Source: Phyllobates terribilis (Eukaryota). Taken from it: DNA of 64,000 nt. Both the position numbers and the translations under genes were made by a program. Positions within the stretch are counted from its first letter, which is position 1, and each line of letters opens with the position of its first letter. Of this stretch, positions 47,401 through 56,358 are shown piece by piece. Location: the NCBI RefSeq assembly GCF_046119375.1, contig NW_027362764.1, positions 57,412,001 to 57,476,000 of the forward strand, in the 5' to 3' direction. The notes beneath the pieces were generated by a model that saw nothing but the letters and a program-made list of their open reading frames with translations, searched no databases and was not told the DNA's origin.

Positions 47401-50400
47401 TTATACTCATAAATGTGATGCTTGTCTATCTCCACCGCTCTCGTCCTTCCTATATGTGTCTCCCATATATTCCCCCCTATGCGCCCTCACCTGGCTCTTG
47501 GTTACCCATAGCAACCAATCACAGCACAGTTTCCATTTTACCAGAGCTGTTTAAAAAATGAAAGCAGAACTGTGACTGGTTGCTATGGGCAACAGAGACA
47601 GTTTCTATTTCTATACGGTTGTATACATAGGCAGGTGGCGGCCATTATTCTATCATATTAAATATGGACAGATATATTCATGCTTTTAATGATAAAAACC
47701 ATCGCTGTGTTAGTGGCTGGTGCTCCTTCGCTCGCTCTGCCCTGTCTGTCACGCAGTCGGTGAGGAGGATTGCTTTTCCTCTTTGGTAGGAGCGGGCGCA
47801 CAGTGTCCATATCCACCGTGTGCGGTGAGGACAGTACAATCACACATGCGCTGCGTCATGGTGGGATAAGAGGAAGAAACCAGCTACAGAACTTGAAGTC
47901 TTGAGCGCGAGCAGATTGGCTGCAGCGTTGTCGACATGACGTCAACGCTGCAGCCTAACAGACACCGGGGCAGCGGTGGAAATTCAGCGCTGGACCAGGG
48001 GAGGGGGGAGTATAGCTCCATTTATTTATTTGTTACTAGTAATGGAGCTTATAGTAAAAAAAAAAAATTCTGAAAGGGACTGGTCAATCCCATATACTGA
48101 AGCCATGAAGAACAGGGGCTCAGGAGCCCTTTCTACTAATTGGTGCTGGCCCGAACAACCGATTAATGTCGTTTGTGGAAAAATCCCTTTAACTAACCTA
48201 ACACTCTCAGGACCAAAATCTACCCCCATCACTGACACCACTTCCGATGGAAAAAGGTTCAAATAATCATCACATACAATCTCCAACGCGCCTCGCCTCC
48301 TCACTACTGCTTTACTGGGAGATCTGTCCACTTCCAAAATGGTTTAGGAGGATTAGNNNNNNNNNNNNNNNNNNNNNNNNNNNNNNNNNNNNNNNNNNNN
48401 NNNNNNNNNNNNNNNNNNNNNNNNNNNNNNNNNNNNNNNNNNNNNNNNNNNNNNNNNNNNNNNNNNNNNNNNNNNNNNNNNNNNNNNNNNNNNNNNNNNN
48501 NNNNNNNNNNNNNNNNNNNNNNNNNNNNNNNNNNNNNNNNNNNNNNNNNNNNNNNNNNNNNNNNNNNNGTCAGATATACCAAACTGGGACATCAATAGTG
48601 AATTTAGTCGAATAATCTAGATCGGAGTATGAGGTTAGTAGTCGGTAAGTTGTTCACTTACATCTAGGAAGCGACGCGTCTTCTCCAGTTGTTTTTCCAG
48701 AGCAAGGTTCTTCTGTCGGAGATCTTCAAGGTCAGCATTCTTCTCCTGCTCCAAATCTGTATACCGGTTCACCTGCTCCTCCAGCTCCACCTCCAGAACC
48801 TTAACGTGTTTGTGGAGGTCTCCGGAGTCCTTCTCCGCCTGACGCTGAACCTCGATCTTCTCCATCAGCAGCTTCTCTGTCTCTTCCAGCAGCTCTGTTC
48901 AGGGAGGTGACATACAACCCCATCAATCCCTATTCAAAAAGGTGACGTCCTTCAAATCAGTAGAATCTCCATAGCCCCAATGGCAGGAAAAACATTGGAT
49001 GGAGTTGAAGTGTTGGAGGTTTTTGATTTTTTCAAGCAAGTGACGCCCAAATCTGTATGAACTGGGGCGTGTGTCTAGGTATATATATGGCAAGCGTAGC
49101 CGAGAACTTGTTTTTGGTAATAAAAAAAAATGCAACATAAATTATATATTAAGAGGTTTTACCCAATATAATATAATTTGTAGCACTGACAAATGTATGT
49201 TATATATGGCAGGAGTTATATAATTAAGTCTAAATGCAGATGAACCATGCTCATGGCATTCACTTTACTGCTGACCTGGCCTACTTCTATTCTCTATAGC
49301 TGTATTCGAGCAGGCCACCCTAATAACTACTAACGTGGTGCCCTCAAATGACAATACAAGACTTAAAGGGGTTGTCCAAGATTGATAAAACAGGGCTTTC
49401 TTTCCGAAATAGCGAAAACTATTTTTCACAACTGTTGGGACGTTCATTAAGAAGCACGGTATATAAGTCGATGGCTGCAGCATATAAAGGAAAACCTGCT
49501 GACTGGTTCCCTTTAAAGCTGAAGTAACAAATTCACAAATTTTTTTCTTTTCTTCTTTTTTTTTTTTTTTAATTTATACATTTTTTTTTTATTACTTTTG
49601 ATTGTGTAAAATTTTTCCTAAACACTCTCCAAAGATCCAATGTTTTTCCGCTTCATGATGAAAGCCGGGACGTGAGCGTCCAGTGCACCGGGTGCGGTTA
49701 GCCATACAAGTATATAATATATCAATACTTTTTTTCACGCTTTGGAGTTTGGAACAAACTGCAAAACTTTCACCGGGTGCTGTTATATCAGGGAGAGAGA
49801 AACCGTCACAAAGGTGATTTAGACGTATGAAAAGAAAAAAAATCACCGAAAAAAAACAAACAAATGCAATTTTCTTAAAAATCGCTGCCTGCCTATTACC
49901 ATCATCTTAAGTGAGCGATCATCTGCGATGCAATACAATATAGTGCCAAAATGAGGCGATCAATCAAATCTGGAAGTTTGGAAAGAGGGAGGTGGGGTAA
50001 GGTAGTGGGGTAGATAGATTTCCGAATCAAGGAATAAAGGGGGGATAAGTCACTAGGGGAGCTGTGATTGGATGATGGATAAGATGATGGTTGAGATGCG
50101 TGTTAATGAGAGGTAGAGAGTTTAACCCCTTGCTAGCAAAAGGGGGGGTTTGGAGGACCACGAGAGGAGTGGTTAGGCACAGGAGTTGGCAATTAAGCAA
50201 GCGAGGATTAGTGCAAGGTATCAAGGAGCCCAAAAAGCCAGAGGATTAGTTCAATCCCAAATCGTAGCCATTAAAAACACCAGATTAGAGGTTGGCCATG
50301 CGGGAGGTACAAACAAACCTTCTTTGGGAGCTGCAACGACTGCAGCGTCTACTAAGCCTGGGAGAATAGAGAACAAAACAAATGCAGTGTAATTCACATG

Positions 50401-53291
50401 CCGTGTACAGTTCTTCTGTCAATGCTGGAGAGAAGAGAGAGCGGCAAAGGGAAGAACGGGGGGTGAATAGTAACAGGAGAATGTGGTGCAAGTAGTACAT
50501 GTAAAGGCCAAGTTATACCCAATGCACAGGCCCCGAGAAAACATCTGCTCACGGGTGACATCATCATGACATCACAGCAGCAGAAAGCAGAGCTGACGGA
50601 TGACGTCATCATGACGTCACGGCAGGAGAAAGCAGAGCTGATGGATGACATCATCATTATATCACAGCTGCAGAGCCGACAGATGACATCATCAAGACAT
50701 CACAGCAGCAGAATGTAGAGCCGACGGATGACATCATCATCATGACATCACGGCAGCAGAGCCGATAGGCTGCTGCGTGTAACGCTTGCTTGCTTTACCG
50801 GGACCTGTCACATTGAGGGCTTACCTGATGAGAAAGCAGAGCGATGGGGCTCTGGACACAACACAGAACACGTTATACTTCCGGTTGGTGGAAATAAAAC
50901 TTTTGTTAAAATTAAAATAAAAACAGGAAAGACTTATGCTTCTGAATATAACAAGTGCTCCTGACATGTCTAAAAATCCAAAATAATAAACTAAAAAAAA
51001 AATAAAATAATTTAATTCAGGCAAAATAATTTTTCCTATATTACGCTGATCCGTTAATATTCCTCCAGGAAAACTAGGAATAAATTGTCAACTGGGCGCT
51101 TCCATTTCACTTTTCTACGTCCAATCAGAGTTGACCGATGAGGGACACCCACTACTGGCAAGTGGATGATGAATCACAATATGTTAAATTCTTCACATAT
51201 TTCCAAGAGGAGCAATGGAGGAACAGCACAATGTAGAGTTGTAAAAAAAACAGATGCTGCTGAATTGTTATTTCTTTAGGAGCAAGTATTTACTAAAACA
51301 GACATGTCAGGAGAGCGGATCTAATCTAAAAAAGTACCTGAAAAGGAAAACAAAGTTGCTTTACATTATACAACAGGATAAATTACCGCTTAAAGGGAAT
51401 CTGTCAGCAGGCGTTTGATATGTAATCTGAGAGCAGCATGATGTAGGGGCAGAGACCCATAATGTAGCAATGTCTCACTTACTGGGCTACAAGCTACAGT
51501 TTTCATAAAATCCCAGTTTTCTCTGCTGCAGATCTAGCAGTTTTCTGAATACCGAGTCCTGTACAACTCCGCCCACAGCACTGATAGGCTGCTTCCTGAG
51601 TATAGTGGCAGAAAGCTGCCAATCAGTGATGGGGGCGGGGTTATACAGAGCACAAGGACTACATGGCAGGAGACCAACTAGTCCTCTAGTGAATTTCCTG
51701 CTGATAAAACACTGATTTTACTGAAACTATAATAAGCAGCCCAGTAAGTAACACATCGCTGGAATCAGACTCTCAACCCCTATATTATGCTGCTCTCAAA
51801 TTACATAGCAAAAACTTGCTGATGGATTCCCTTTAAAGGTGATTTCCAGGACTTGGATCCTCTGAAAAGAACAAAATCTGCCCTATTCATTTGATGTTAT
51901 CCCTAAGTATCCAGTGTGCGCCAGCACGGGAAGTGATGACATTACAGTTCACCTGTCCCAGGACCACTGATGCCTGTGATTGGCTGCAGTGGTCAGGTGA
52001 TGAACAGTGCACCAGAGAGACATCCAATGATGTAATTTTCAAAGTCACCTGATCGCTGTAGCCAATCACAGACGGCTGCGATCCTGTAACAGGTGAATGG
52101 TTGAACGGTGCCATCGCAGGACACGGGGAGTCCTACGCAGGATCCATACGTGTGTCAGCAGGTGGATTGGGCAGTTTTTGTTATTTTTAGAGAATAGAAA
52201 TGCCCGGTCAACATTGTATTTAAAAACACAAACAACCCCTTTTAGCAGAATTGCATACAGATAATCCGCTGAGTATTACAATACCAATATTATGGAAAAG
52301 ACACCCTATTTTCTTGCTGATGACTGCAGTTCTGCAATTTCTCAGAAATCACATAGCAATGAACACTTAAAGTGAATTTCTGTCTTTTATCATCGTGTTG
52401 TTTGTAGGTCTGCAGAATTTTGTGGTTAAATGTTGACACAGCACTCCAAATCCTCTACAGACATAGATGTAGAGCACAATGTTCTGTCCGCCTGCAGCCA
52501 CCACTAGAGGGAGCTAAGGAGCTTGCCGCATACTGGTGTACATTAAACTCAGAATTCAACTAGAGGGGGTGGCACAGAATTTAAAGGGAACCAGTTAGGA
52601 CAATTTTACTAACAATATTTCCTACTACGGTTTGAAAGAACAATATGAATGATACCTGGCTCATAGCAATCCGGTGTGCCAGAAATGAGAAATAGAGATT
52701 TGAAGCTATATGCAAATTAGCCTAGAAGTGCATGGGGGCGGGGGTATCAACATACATTGAGTGTAGACACACCCTCAAGGCACTTCCTGGCTAATCTGCA
52801 TGTGGCTACAAAGCTCAGTTTTTCAGCGCTGGCACAAGACACATTTTTATGGTTGTACTAGGACCTATACACTAGTTTGGTTACTAAAATCATTGTGACT
52901 GGTTCCCTTTAAGAGAAGAAATAAATAGAGCTATACTTTGTGCTGTTGTGATAGGAAAAACAACTTTTTGGAGCAATTGGCTTGATCACTATACAAACAG
53001 CTGCTGTGGTGTAATAATGTGGTCTGACACCAGACATATAATGACAGGTACAATAAACCTTCCTGGCAGGATACTTACGTTGCTCAGCAGGCGCTGCATC
53101 GGCTTTCAGAGCCAGTTTCTGTCGGGACAGCAGCTCCTTCTCCTCCTGTATCAGCTGCCGCTCCTGCTCCAGCTCCTGCAACCTGTTACCTGTACTCTGC
53201 AGCTCCTGTTCAAGATGCCGGATCAGGTCGCTCTTTTCCTGCATTTGCTTTTCAAGAAAGACTCTTTCGTCTGTGTAGCCATCGAGGAGGC
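8362..53291 (-). CDS. AKAP9: A-kinase anchor protein 9 (AKAP450/CG-NAP), 3' portion, 26 coding exons, about 2,750 aa
   Basis: Peptides match recalled vertebrate AKAP9: EQAIDREHERDVFQQEIQKLEQQLK, EKVAAALVS, MQELHAAEILDMEARH, EQKKSRELQWALEKEK, PACT domain, LQNYDPDRALTDYIARLEALQKRLG. All junctions are GT-AG with matching phases. The 5' exons lie outside the window. Confidence 0.95.
8913..9045 (-). CDS. AKAP9: AKAP9 exon w25
   Basis: GNEVRTDSPYHPAGSMDMYGDQRLSSCRSRSGFDSPQSTVNSQHR; 133 bp, phase 1 to 2. Confidence 0.85.
9284..10852 (+). repeat. 69-bp minisatellite, about 23 copies
   Basis: Unit ctaccacataaagggaaagcgatgggatctgacctgagccctccttccccactgacctcttttatgcta, with 66-70 bp variants. Confidence 0.95.
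10903..10988 (-). CDS. AKAP9: AKAP9 exon w24 (end of PACT domain)
   Basis: MKFLVRRWQRAISPAAGTANRNGFGQILG; 86 bp, phase 2 to 1. Confidence 0.92.
11087..11319 (-). CDS. AKAP9: AKAP9 exon w23 (PACT centrosome-targeting domain)
   Basis: RVYGKYLRSESFRKALVYQKKYLLLLLGGFQECEEATL...FTRFRSAARVAIAISR; 233 bp. Confidence 0.97.
11634..11898. mobile_element. TTAA-flanked MITE (T2/Kolobok-like)
   Basis: ttaa-gggactctgtt...gatagagtccct-ttaa, with long internal inverted arms (ggccaaacagttcagtgcaccttcc / ggaaggtgcactgaactgtttggtc). Confidence 0.75.
12138..12335 (-). CDS. AKAP9: AKAP9 exon w22
   Basis: PYPAGWDQ...EEKEAWNKEKLNLHKSLKQMEAELSKVKAELRNE...AALK; 198 bp. Confidence 0.92.
13233..13415 (-). CDS. AKAP9: AKAP9 exon w21
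   Basis: NLVLPPGMSGNSLTEKLLTQNAELTGYVSRLTNEKNDLQNALLRLE...GDH; 183 bp. Confidence 0.93.
13863..13971 (-). CDS. AKAP9: AKAP9 exon w20
   Basis: Hand translation: ATFDASDDNDFAWSQNAIKEVMSQLEQVSILSLQGQ; 109 bp, phase 2 to 0. Not in the ORF track. Confidence 0.88.
14491..16005 (-). mobile_element. Tc1 transposon with about 268-bp TIRs, internally deleted
   Basis: TA-cagtacagaccaaaagtttggacacacc...ggtctgtactg-TA. Transposase pieces: HTH at 15288-15680 and DDE at 14734-15213 (WSDESKF, QQDNDPKH, WPPQSPDLNP with the catalytic E region deleted). Confidence 0.95.
16014..16150. other. Assembly gap
   Basis: Run of N. Confidence 1.
17212..17830. mobile_element. PIF/Harbinger-like MITE
   Basis: TAA/TTA flanks, TIR agccccgtctcacatagcga / tcgctaagtgtgacggggcct, and two internal palindromic ggtaac-catg(g/a)taaaca subrepeats. 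Confidence 0.75.
17916..18115 (-). CDS. AKAP9: AKAP9 exon w19
   Basis: Hand translation: DAINVSARSE...MNGDPGADGAEFNMDTIRRKLQQVSSKLRHLAAKATR; 200 bp, phase 0 to 2. Confidence 0.85.
19142..19816 (-). CDS. AKAP9: AKAP9 exon w18
   Basis: DFQILLEEQK...LYDATLSQE...EELLRDLQAQLDAKHHRIIELVMESEGYKLES...; 675 bp, donor GTAAGT. Confidence 0.92.
20088..22075 (+). repeat. 86/98-bp satellite array, about 22 units
   Basis: Unit gtacatacattacattactgatcctgagttacatcctgtattatactccagagctgcactcactattctgctggtgcagtcactgt. The 98-bp variant adds a 12-bp internal duplication. Confidence 0.95.
22570..22720 (-). CDS. AKAP9: AKAP9 exon w17
   Basis: MELKKRREELDSINNALVNEQKKSRELQWALEKEKTKSERSEQQEKEELE; 151 bp. Confidence 0.95.
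23392..23764. mobile_element. TTAA-flanked MITE (T2/Kolobok-like)
   Basis: ttaa-aggggtattcccatctctaagatcctatcccaata...tattgggataggatcttggagatttgaaaacctt-ttaa; almost fully palindromic. Confidence 0.85.
24533..24752 (-). CDS. AKAP9: AKAP9 exon w16
   Basis: GAALYLPQDQ...AGELQEQLGSERLLSAEIKNELALTKMELESTLKLQHKHFKELESLR; 220 bp. Confidence 0.93.
25711..25849 (-). CDS. AKAP9: AKAP9 exon w15
   Basis: GMEQINAMDCIQNAERRSLLLEIQDLRAKLTNLQ...TEG; 139 bp. Confidence 0.92.
26756..26944 (-). CDS. AKAP9: AKAP9 exon w14
   Basis: VQTRLDFHDRCPDWRGELLHAIQEVF...HHQLQEQ; 189 bp. Confidence 0.92.
27232..28296 (+). repeat. 29-bp CpG-rich minisatellite, about 36 copies
   Basis: Unit ggaaggcggactcggcccgcctcgacac(c/a). 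Confidence 0.97.
28296..28476 (+). repeat. 31-bp minisatellite, about 5-6 copies
   Basis: Unit ctacaggaagcgggggcgggg(c/t)tttgtctca. Confidence 0.9.
29143..29331 (-). CDS. AKAP9: AKAP9 exon w13
   Basis: DLLRAVHQEGMQVLSLTE...WREERKTLIETIASLKDLIAKMQFYKDPE; 189 bp. Confidence 0.95.
29409..29518 (-). CDS. AKAP9: AKAP9 exon w12
   Basis: ECDWSQGTYDAQSPDHLPEG...LLPSKIK; 110 bp, phase 1 to 0. Confidence 0.82.
30413..30834. mobile_element. TTAA-flanked MITE (T2/Kolobok-like)
   Basis: ttaa-aggggttgtccactacttttacactgatg...catcagtgtaaaagtagtggacaacttct-ttaa; palindromic throughout. Confidence 0.88.
31107..31170 (-). CDS. AKAP9: AKAP9 exon w11 (64 bp)
   Basis: Acceptor tgtgtttccctag, peptide GGVVADSALSTQYHLTDAASS, donor GTGAGA. 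Phase 0 to 1 bridges w10 and w12 exactly. Similarity to human is weak. Confidence 0.75.
31857..32372 (-). CDS. AKAP9: AKAP9 exon w10
   Basis: LKESNLAHLEEDL...DKISQMQELHAAEILDMEARHISEADTLRRDQY...LKAVIEALKSS; 516 bp. Confidence 0.95.
33201..33341 (-). CDS. AKAP9: AKAP9 exon w9
   Basis: GIILKSEDNTVTDLENALHITKAEATAAKEELCHYREMAEKLKEELM; 141 bp. The donor GTGGGG is weak. Confidence 0.85.
33609..34712 (+). mobile_element. Tc1 deletion derivative, same family as 14491-16005, opposite orientation
   Basis: Same TIRs with TA flanks. ORF 34059-34469 covers the HTH region and jumps from KRLVWAKE into the TIR; no DDE domain. Confidence 0.95.
34957..38382 (-). CDS. AKAP9: AKAP9 giant exon w8 (3,426 bp, 1,142 codons, coiled coil)
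   Basis: Uninterrupted ORF. Acceptor tctttcag, donor CAG|GTAAAT. Ends match AKAP9 (EEEIEKLNEVIEKLQEEL; EKVAAALVS; LSALSMRLLELEKQ). Confidence 0.93.
35293..35364 (-). other. AKAP9: Putative PKA-RII docking amphipathic helix of AKAP9
   Basis: MEDTLREKVAAALVSDAQLKAIQV matches the recalled mammalian RII-binding segment IVEEKVAAALVSQIQLEAVQE. Confidence 0.7.
38765..39685 (+). repeat. Degenerate about 75-bp tandem repeat with about 300-bp higher-order period
   Basis: The anchor ttacagtcagacacaagacagtgag recurs about 13 times. Every fourth unit is most alike. Confidence 0.75.
40458..40631 (-). CDS. AKAP9: AKAP9 exon w7
   Basis: DEVENTQQ...LLLKDQEIDLLNEQIGKLQAQLEAATDNK; 174 bp. Confidence 0.88.
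41066..41218 (-). CDS. AKAP9: AKAP9 exon w6
   Basis: ITNLVEQLEQFREELENKNEEVQQLHMQLEIQRKEAETRLQELEQENKVLK; 153 bp. Confidence 0.96.
41520..41965. mobile_element. PIF/Harbinger-like MITE
   Basis: TAA target duplication and 17-bp TIR ggctatgttcacacatc / gatgtgtgaacatagcc. Confidence 0.85.
42190..42291 (-). CDS. AKAP9: AKAP9 exon w5
   Basis: VERRPSIVVGLKGEMPLEAQLQVEREATDRKEKE; 102 bp. Confidence 0.9.
42490..43047 (+). repeat. 30-bp minisatellite, about 18 copies
   Basis: Unit cattgcccccggtgtataacatctgccccc. Confidence 0.95.
43265..44030 (+). mobile_element. Old, heavily degraded Tc1 transposase fossil
   Basis: Frameshifted remnants read by eye (cattgaactctggag, gtctgggtttgg, gactgcattgtg, GGGIMLW-like, GNLKTSA-QDIVDN, ccaacacctata, QNLVESL-like). 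No clear TIRs. Confidence 0.7.
44106..44282 (-). CDS. AKAP9: AKAP9 exon w4
   Basis: VEKLESNLKEKTDKCSELLLCKEQLQRDVQERNDEIEKLECRIRELEQALIISTDGLQK; 177 bp. Confidence 0.96.
45240..45543. mobile_element. Solo end of a Tc1-like element
   Basis: Ends caagggtgtcgtcacttttggccttgactg-TA, with inner repeat aaggtgccaacaattttgtcc about 170 bp upstream. Confidence 0.55.
46141..46594. mobile_element. TTAA-flanked MITE (degenerate)
   Basis: ttaa-agagttactcccat...atgggaatatccct-ttaa, with internal inverted arms ttgccttggagaccgacc / ggtcggtctcctaggcaa. Confidence 0.65.
46996..47115 (-). CDS. AKAP9: AKAP9 exon w3
   Basis: EQAIDREHERDVFQQEIQKLEQQLKMPQRHQPITDNQSNE; 120 bp. Confidence 0.97.
48357..48568. other. 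Assembly gap
   Basis: Run of N. Confidence 1.
48662..48894 (-). CDS. AKAP9: AKAP9 exon w2
   Basis: QLLEETEKLLMEKIEVQRQAEKD...EEQVNRYTDLEQEKN...LEKQLEKTRRFLD; 233 bp. Confidence 0.96.
50550..50764 (+). repeat. About 45-bp tandem repeat x5 carrying TGAC(A/G)TCA motifs
   Basis: Unit acggatgac(a/g)tcatcatgac(a/g)tcacagcagcagaaagcagagctg. Confidence 0.85.
51390..51836. mobile_element. TTAA-flanked MITE (T2/Kolobok-like)
   Basis: ttaa-agggaatctgtcagcagg...ttgctgatggattccct-ttaa. Confidence 0.85.
52581..52912. mobile_element. TTAA-flanked MITE (T2/Kolobok-like)
   Basis: ttaa-agggaaccagt...actggttccct-ttaa. Confidence 0.8.
53079..53291 (-). CDS. AKAP9: AKAP9 exon w1 (most 5' exon found)
   Basis: GLLDGYTDERVFLEKQMQEKSDLIRHLEQEL...EEKELLSRQKLALKADAAPAEQ; 213 bp, phase 1 to 1. 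Confidence 0.95.
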
Positions 53292-53506
53292 CTGGAAATA
53301 GCAATGAGGGGACAGAACTGTGAGTGGAATCTAAGGAGCAAGAAAGTCTATGCAGCAAATATAAAAAATTACATTCACAGATAAACAGAAATCTGTTTAT
53401 ATCAAGTAAATCCAAAAATTGCAAATTACCCACAAGAGTTAATTTAGTTTATACTTCAGGAATTTTGCTAAAATGTGAATGAATGTATCTGAACACCATC
53501 AGGTGT

Positions 53507-54661
53507 CACATTACTGATCCTGAGTTACATCCTGTATACTCCAGAGCTGCACTCACTATTCTGCTGATGCAGTCACTGTGTACATACATCACATTACTGA
53601 TCCTGTACTGATCCTGAGTTACATCCTGTGTTATACCCCAGAGCTGCACTCACTATTCTGCTGGAGCAGTCACTGTGTACATACATTACATTACTGATCC
53701 TGTGCTGGTCCTGAGTTACATCCTGTATTATACCCCAGAGCTGCACTCACTATTCTGCTGGTGCAGTCACTGTGTACATACATTACATTACTGATCCTGA
53801 GTTACATCCTGTATTAGGCTCCAGAGCTGCACTCACTATTCTGCTGGTGCAGTCACTGTGTACATACATTACATTACTGATCCTGAGTTACATCCTGTAT
53901 TATACTCCAGAGCTGCACTCACTATTCTGCTGGTGCAGTCACTGTGTACATACATTACATTACTGATCCTGAGTTACATCCTGTATGATACTCCAGAGCT
54001 GCACTCACTATTCTGCTGGAGCAGTCACTGTGTACATACATTACATTACTGATCCTGAGTTACATCCTGTATTATACTCCAGAGCTGCACTCACTATTCT
54101 GCTGGTGCAGTCACTGTGTACATACATTACATTACTGATCCTGAGTTACATCCTGTATGATACTCCAGAGCTGCACTCACTATTCTGCTGGTGCAGTCAC
54201 TGTGTACATACATTACATTACTGATCCTGTACTGATCCTGAGTTACATCCTGTATTATACTCCAGAGCTGCACTCACTATTCTGCTGGTGCAGTAACTGT
54301 GTACATACATTACATTATTTATCCTGTACTGATCCGGGGTTACATCCTGTATTATACTCCAGAGCTGCACTCACTATTCTGCTGGTGCAGTCACTGTGCA
54401 CATACATTACATTATTTATCCTGTACTGATCCTGAGTTACATCCTGTATTATACTCCAGAGCTGCACTCACTATTCAGCTGGTGTGGTCACTGTGTACAT
54501 ACATTACATTATTTATCCTGAGCGGATACAGCGTTACATCCTGTATTATACCCCAGAGCTGCACTCACTACTCTGCTGGTGGAATCACTATGTACATACA
54601 TTACATTATTTATCCTGTACTGATACAGCGTTACATCCTGTATTATACCCCAGAGCTGCAC
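53507..54661 (+). repeat. Second array of the 86/98-bp satellite, about 12-13 units
   Basis: Same unit and orientation as 20088-22075, degenerating toward 54661. Confidence 0.95.
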
Positions 54662-55777
54662 TAACTTTTTTGTCACTTTAAAACGGATCTTCAATCCTCA
54701 GCCGATTTACTATACATGCAAATTGTGAAATAGTGTTTGGAGGGGGATGTGGACCGCAATGAACCCACACTATGGAGGCGATCACTTGTCACTGACTTGT
54801 CACTGGCTCAGCAGTGCACAATGCCTGGTACTATGGTGAACACTTTGCTCACACACAACAGTATCTCTGCCTATAGAAGTAATGGGATTAGCAGGATGAT
54901 CTGCCTCCTGCATCGTACATGCATTGCTAGGAGAACATGGATGATGCACATAACTGTGCTGACACAAGTCATTAACCCTGAGAGCGATGACATAAATCTC
55001 CTATATCTGCCGTTCTCTCCAGGCACATCACTTATTAAGAGCTAAGCCCAGATAAATATTGACAAGTCCGTGCAGGTTTTATGGCATTGTCTCTGAATTC
55101 CAGCTGTCATCGGCTCGCCGTACGTGAAGGATTCTGACACCTGGCGACTATTACTACGTCCTCCATGGAGACACTGTTTCCACAATAAGAAATCCCTCTG
55201 ATCATTTCCCGTCCTTCGGTTTATGAGATGTTCTCTGTTATTGACAAAACATACTAATAATCCATAAAGCCGAGCCTCCCGACCCGCTGAGTTATAGGGT
55301 CACTGCTGCAACATAGTAGCAATCATTCATTCAAGCTCCTAAAGTAAGGAGGATGCAGTAGGTTTAAAGGCATATGGACGTCAAAAGCGGCCCCCCACCT
55401 GAGACCCCACTATGAGCCAGGTCTGGACATGTGAACCCAGCACTAGGTCCCACTGATGTATATTAAGGTACATATTATTAGGTGATTAAAGGGATGTCCC
55501 AGGTAATGTATTCCCTTCCGTCATTGCATAATGAAATGTTCTGCAGTTTTGTAAAATATTTAAAGTTTTAATTCATCACCACTTTCAAGAACTCTTTTTG
55601 CGGAGAGCCGATAACGCTCTTTATAGGAAACATGTCTGACGCCAGATTTTAGAAATCTATCAATGACTACAGCGCTGAAGGGCGAAACAGGGTACATGAA
55701 TAAATCAGCAATGTCTGGACAAGAAGGAAGGAGAGGACGCAATGTTACCTTTTTGCTATGAGATGGATGGAGAGAAA

Positions 55778-56358
55778 NNNNNNNNNNNNNNNNNNNNNNN
55801 NNNNNNNNNNNNNNNNNNNNNNNNNNNNNNNNNNNNNNNNNNNNNNNNNNNNNNNNNNNNNNNNNNNNNNNNNNNNNNNNNNNNNNNNNNNNNNNNNNNN
55901 NNNNNNNNNNNNNNNNNNNNNNNNNNNNNNNNNNNNNNNNNNNNNNNNNNNNNNNNNNNNNNNNNNNNNNNNNNNNNNNNNNNNNNNNNNNNNNNNNNNN
56001 NNNNNNNNNNNNNNNNNNNNNNNNNNNNNNNNNNNNNNNNNNNNNNNNNNNNNNNNNNNNNNNNNNNNNNNNNNNNNNNNNNNNNNNNNNNNNNNNNNNN
56101 NNNNNNNNNNNNNNNNNNNNNNNNNNNNNNNNNNNNNNNNNNNNNNNNNNNNNNNNNNNNNNNNNNNNNNNNNNNNNNNNNNNNNNNNNNNNNNNNNNNN
56201 NNNNNNNNNNNNNNNNNNNNNNNNNNNNNNNNNNNNNNNNNNNNNNNNNNNNNNNNNNNNNNNNNNNNNNNNNNNNNNNNNNNNNNNNNNNNNNNNNNNN
56301 NNNNNNNNNNNNNNNNNNNNNNNNNNNNNNNNNNNNNNNNNNNNNNNNNNNNNNNNNN
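55778..56358. other. Assembly gap
   Basis: Run of N. Confidence 1.

Noticed and set aside
48026-48356. 103-aa minus-strand ORF next to a gap
   Set aside because: No recognisable domain, and not needed for AKAP9 phase continuity. It may be an unidentified repeat fragment.
8362-53291. Pericentrin (PCNT) as the gene identity
   Set aside because: PCNT shares the PACT domain, but EQAIDREHERDVFQQEIQKLEQQLK, EKVAAALVS and the NYDPDRALTDY tail match recalled AKAP9.
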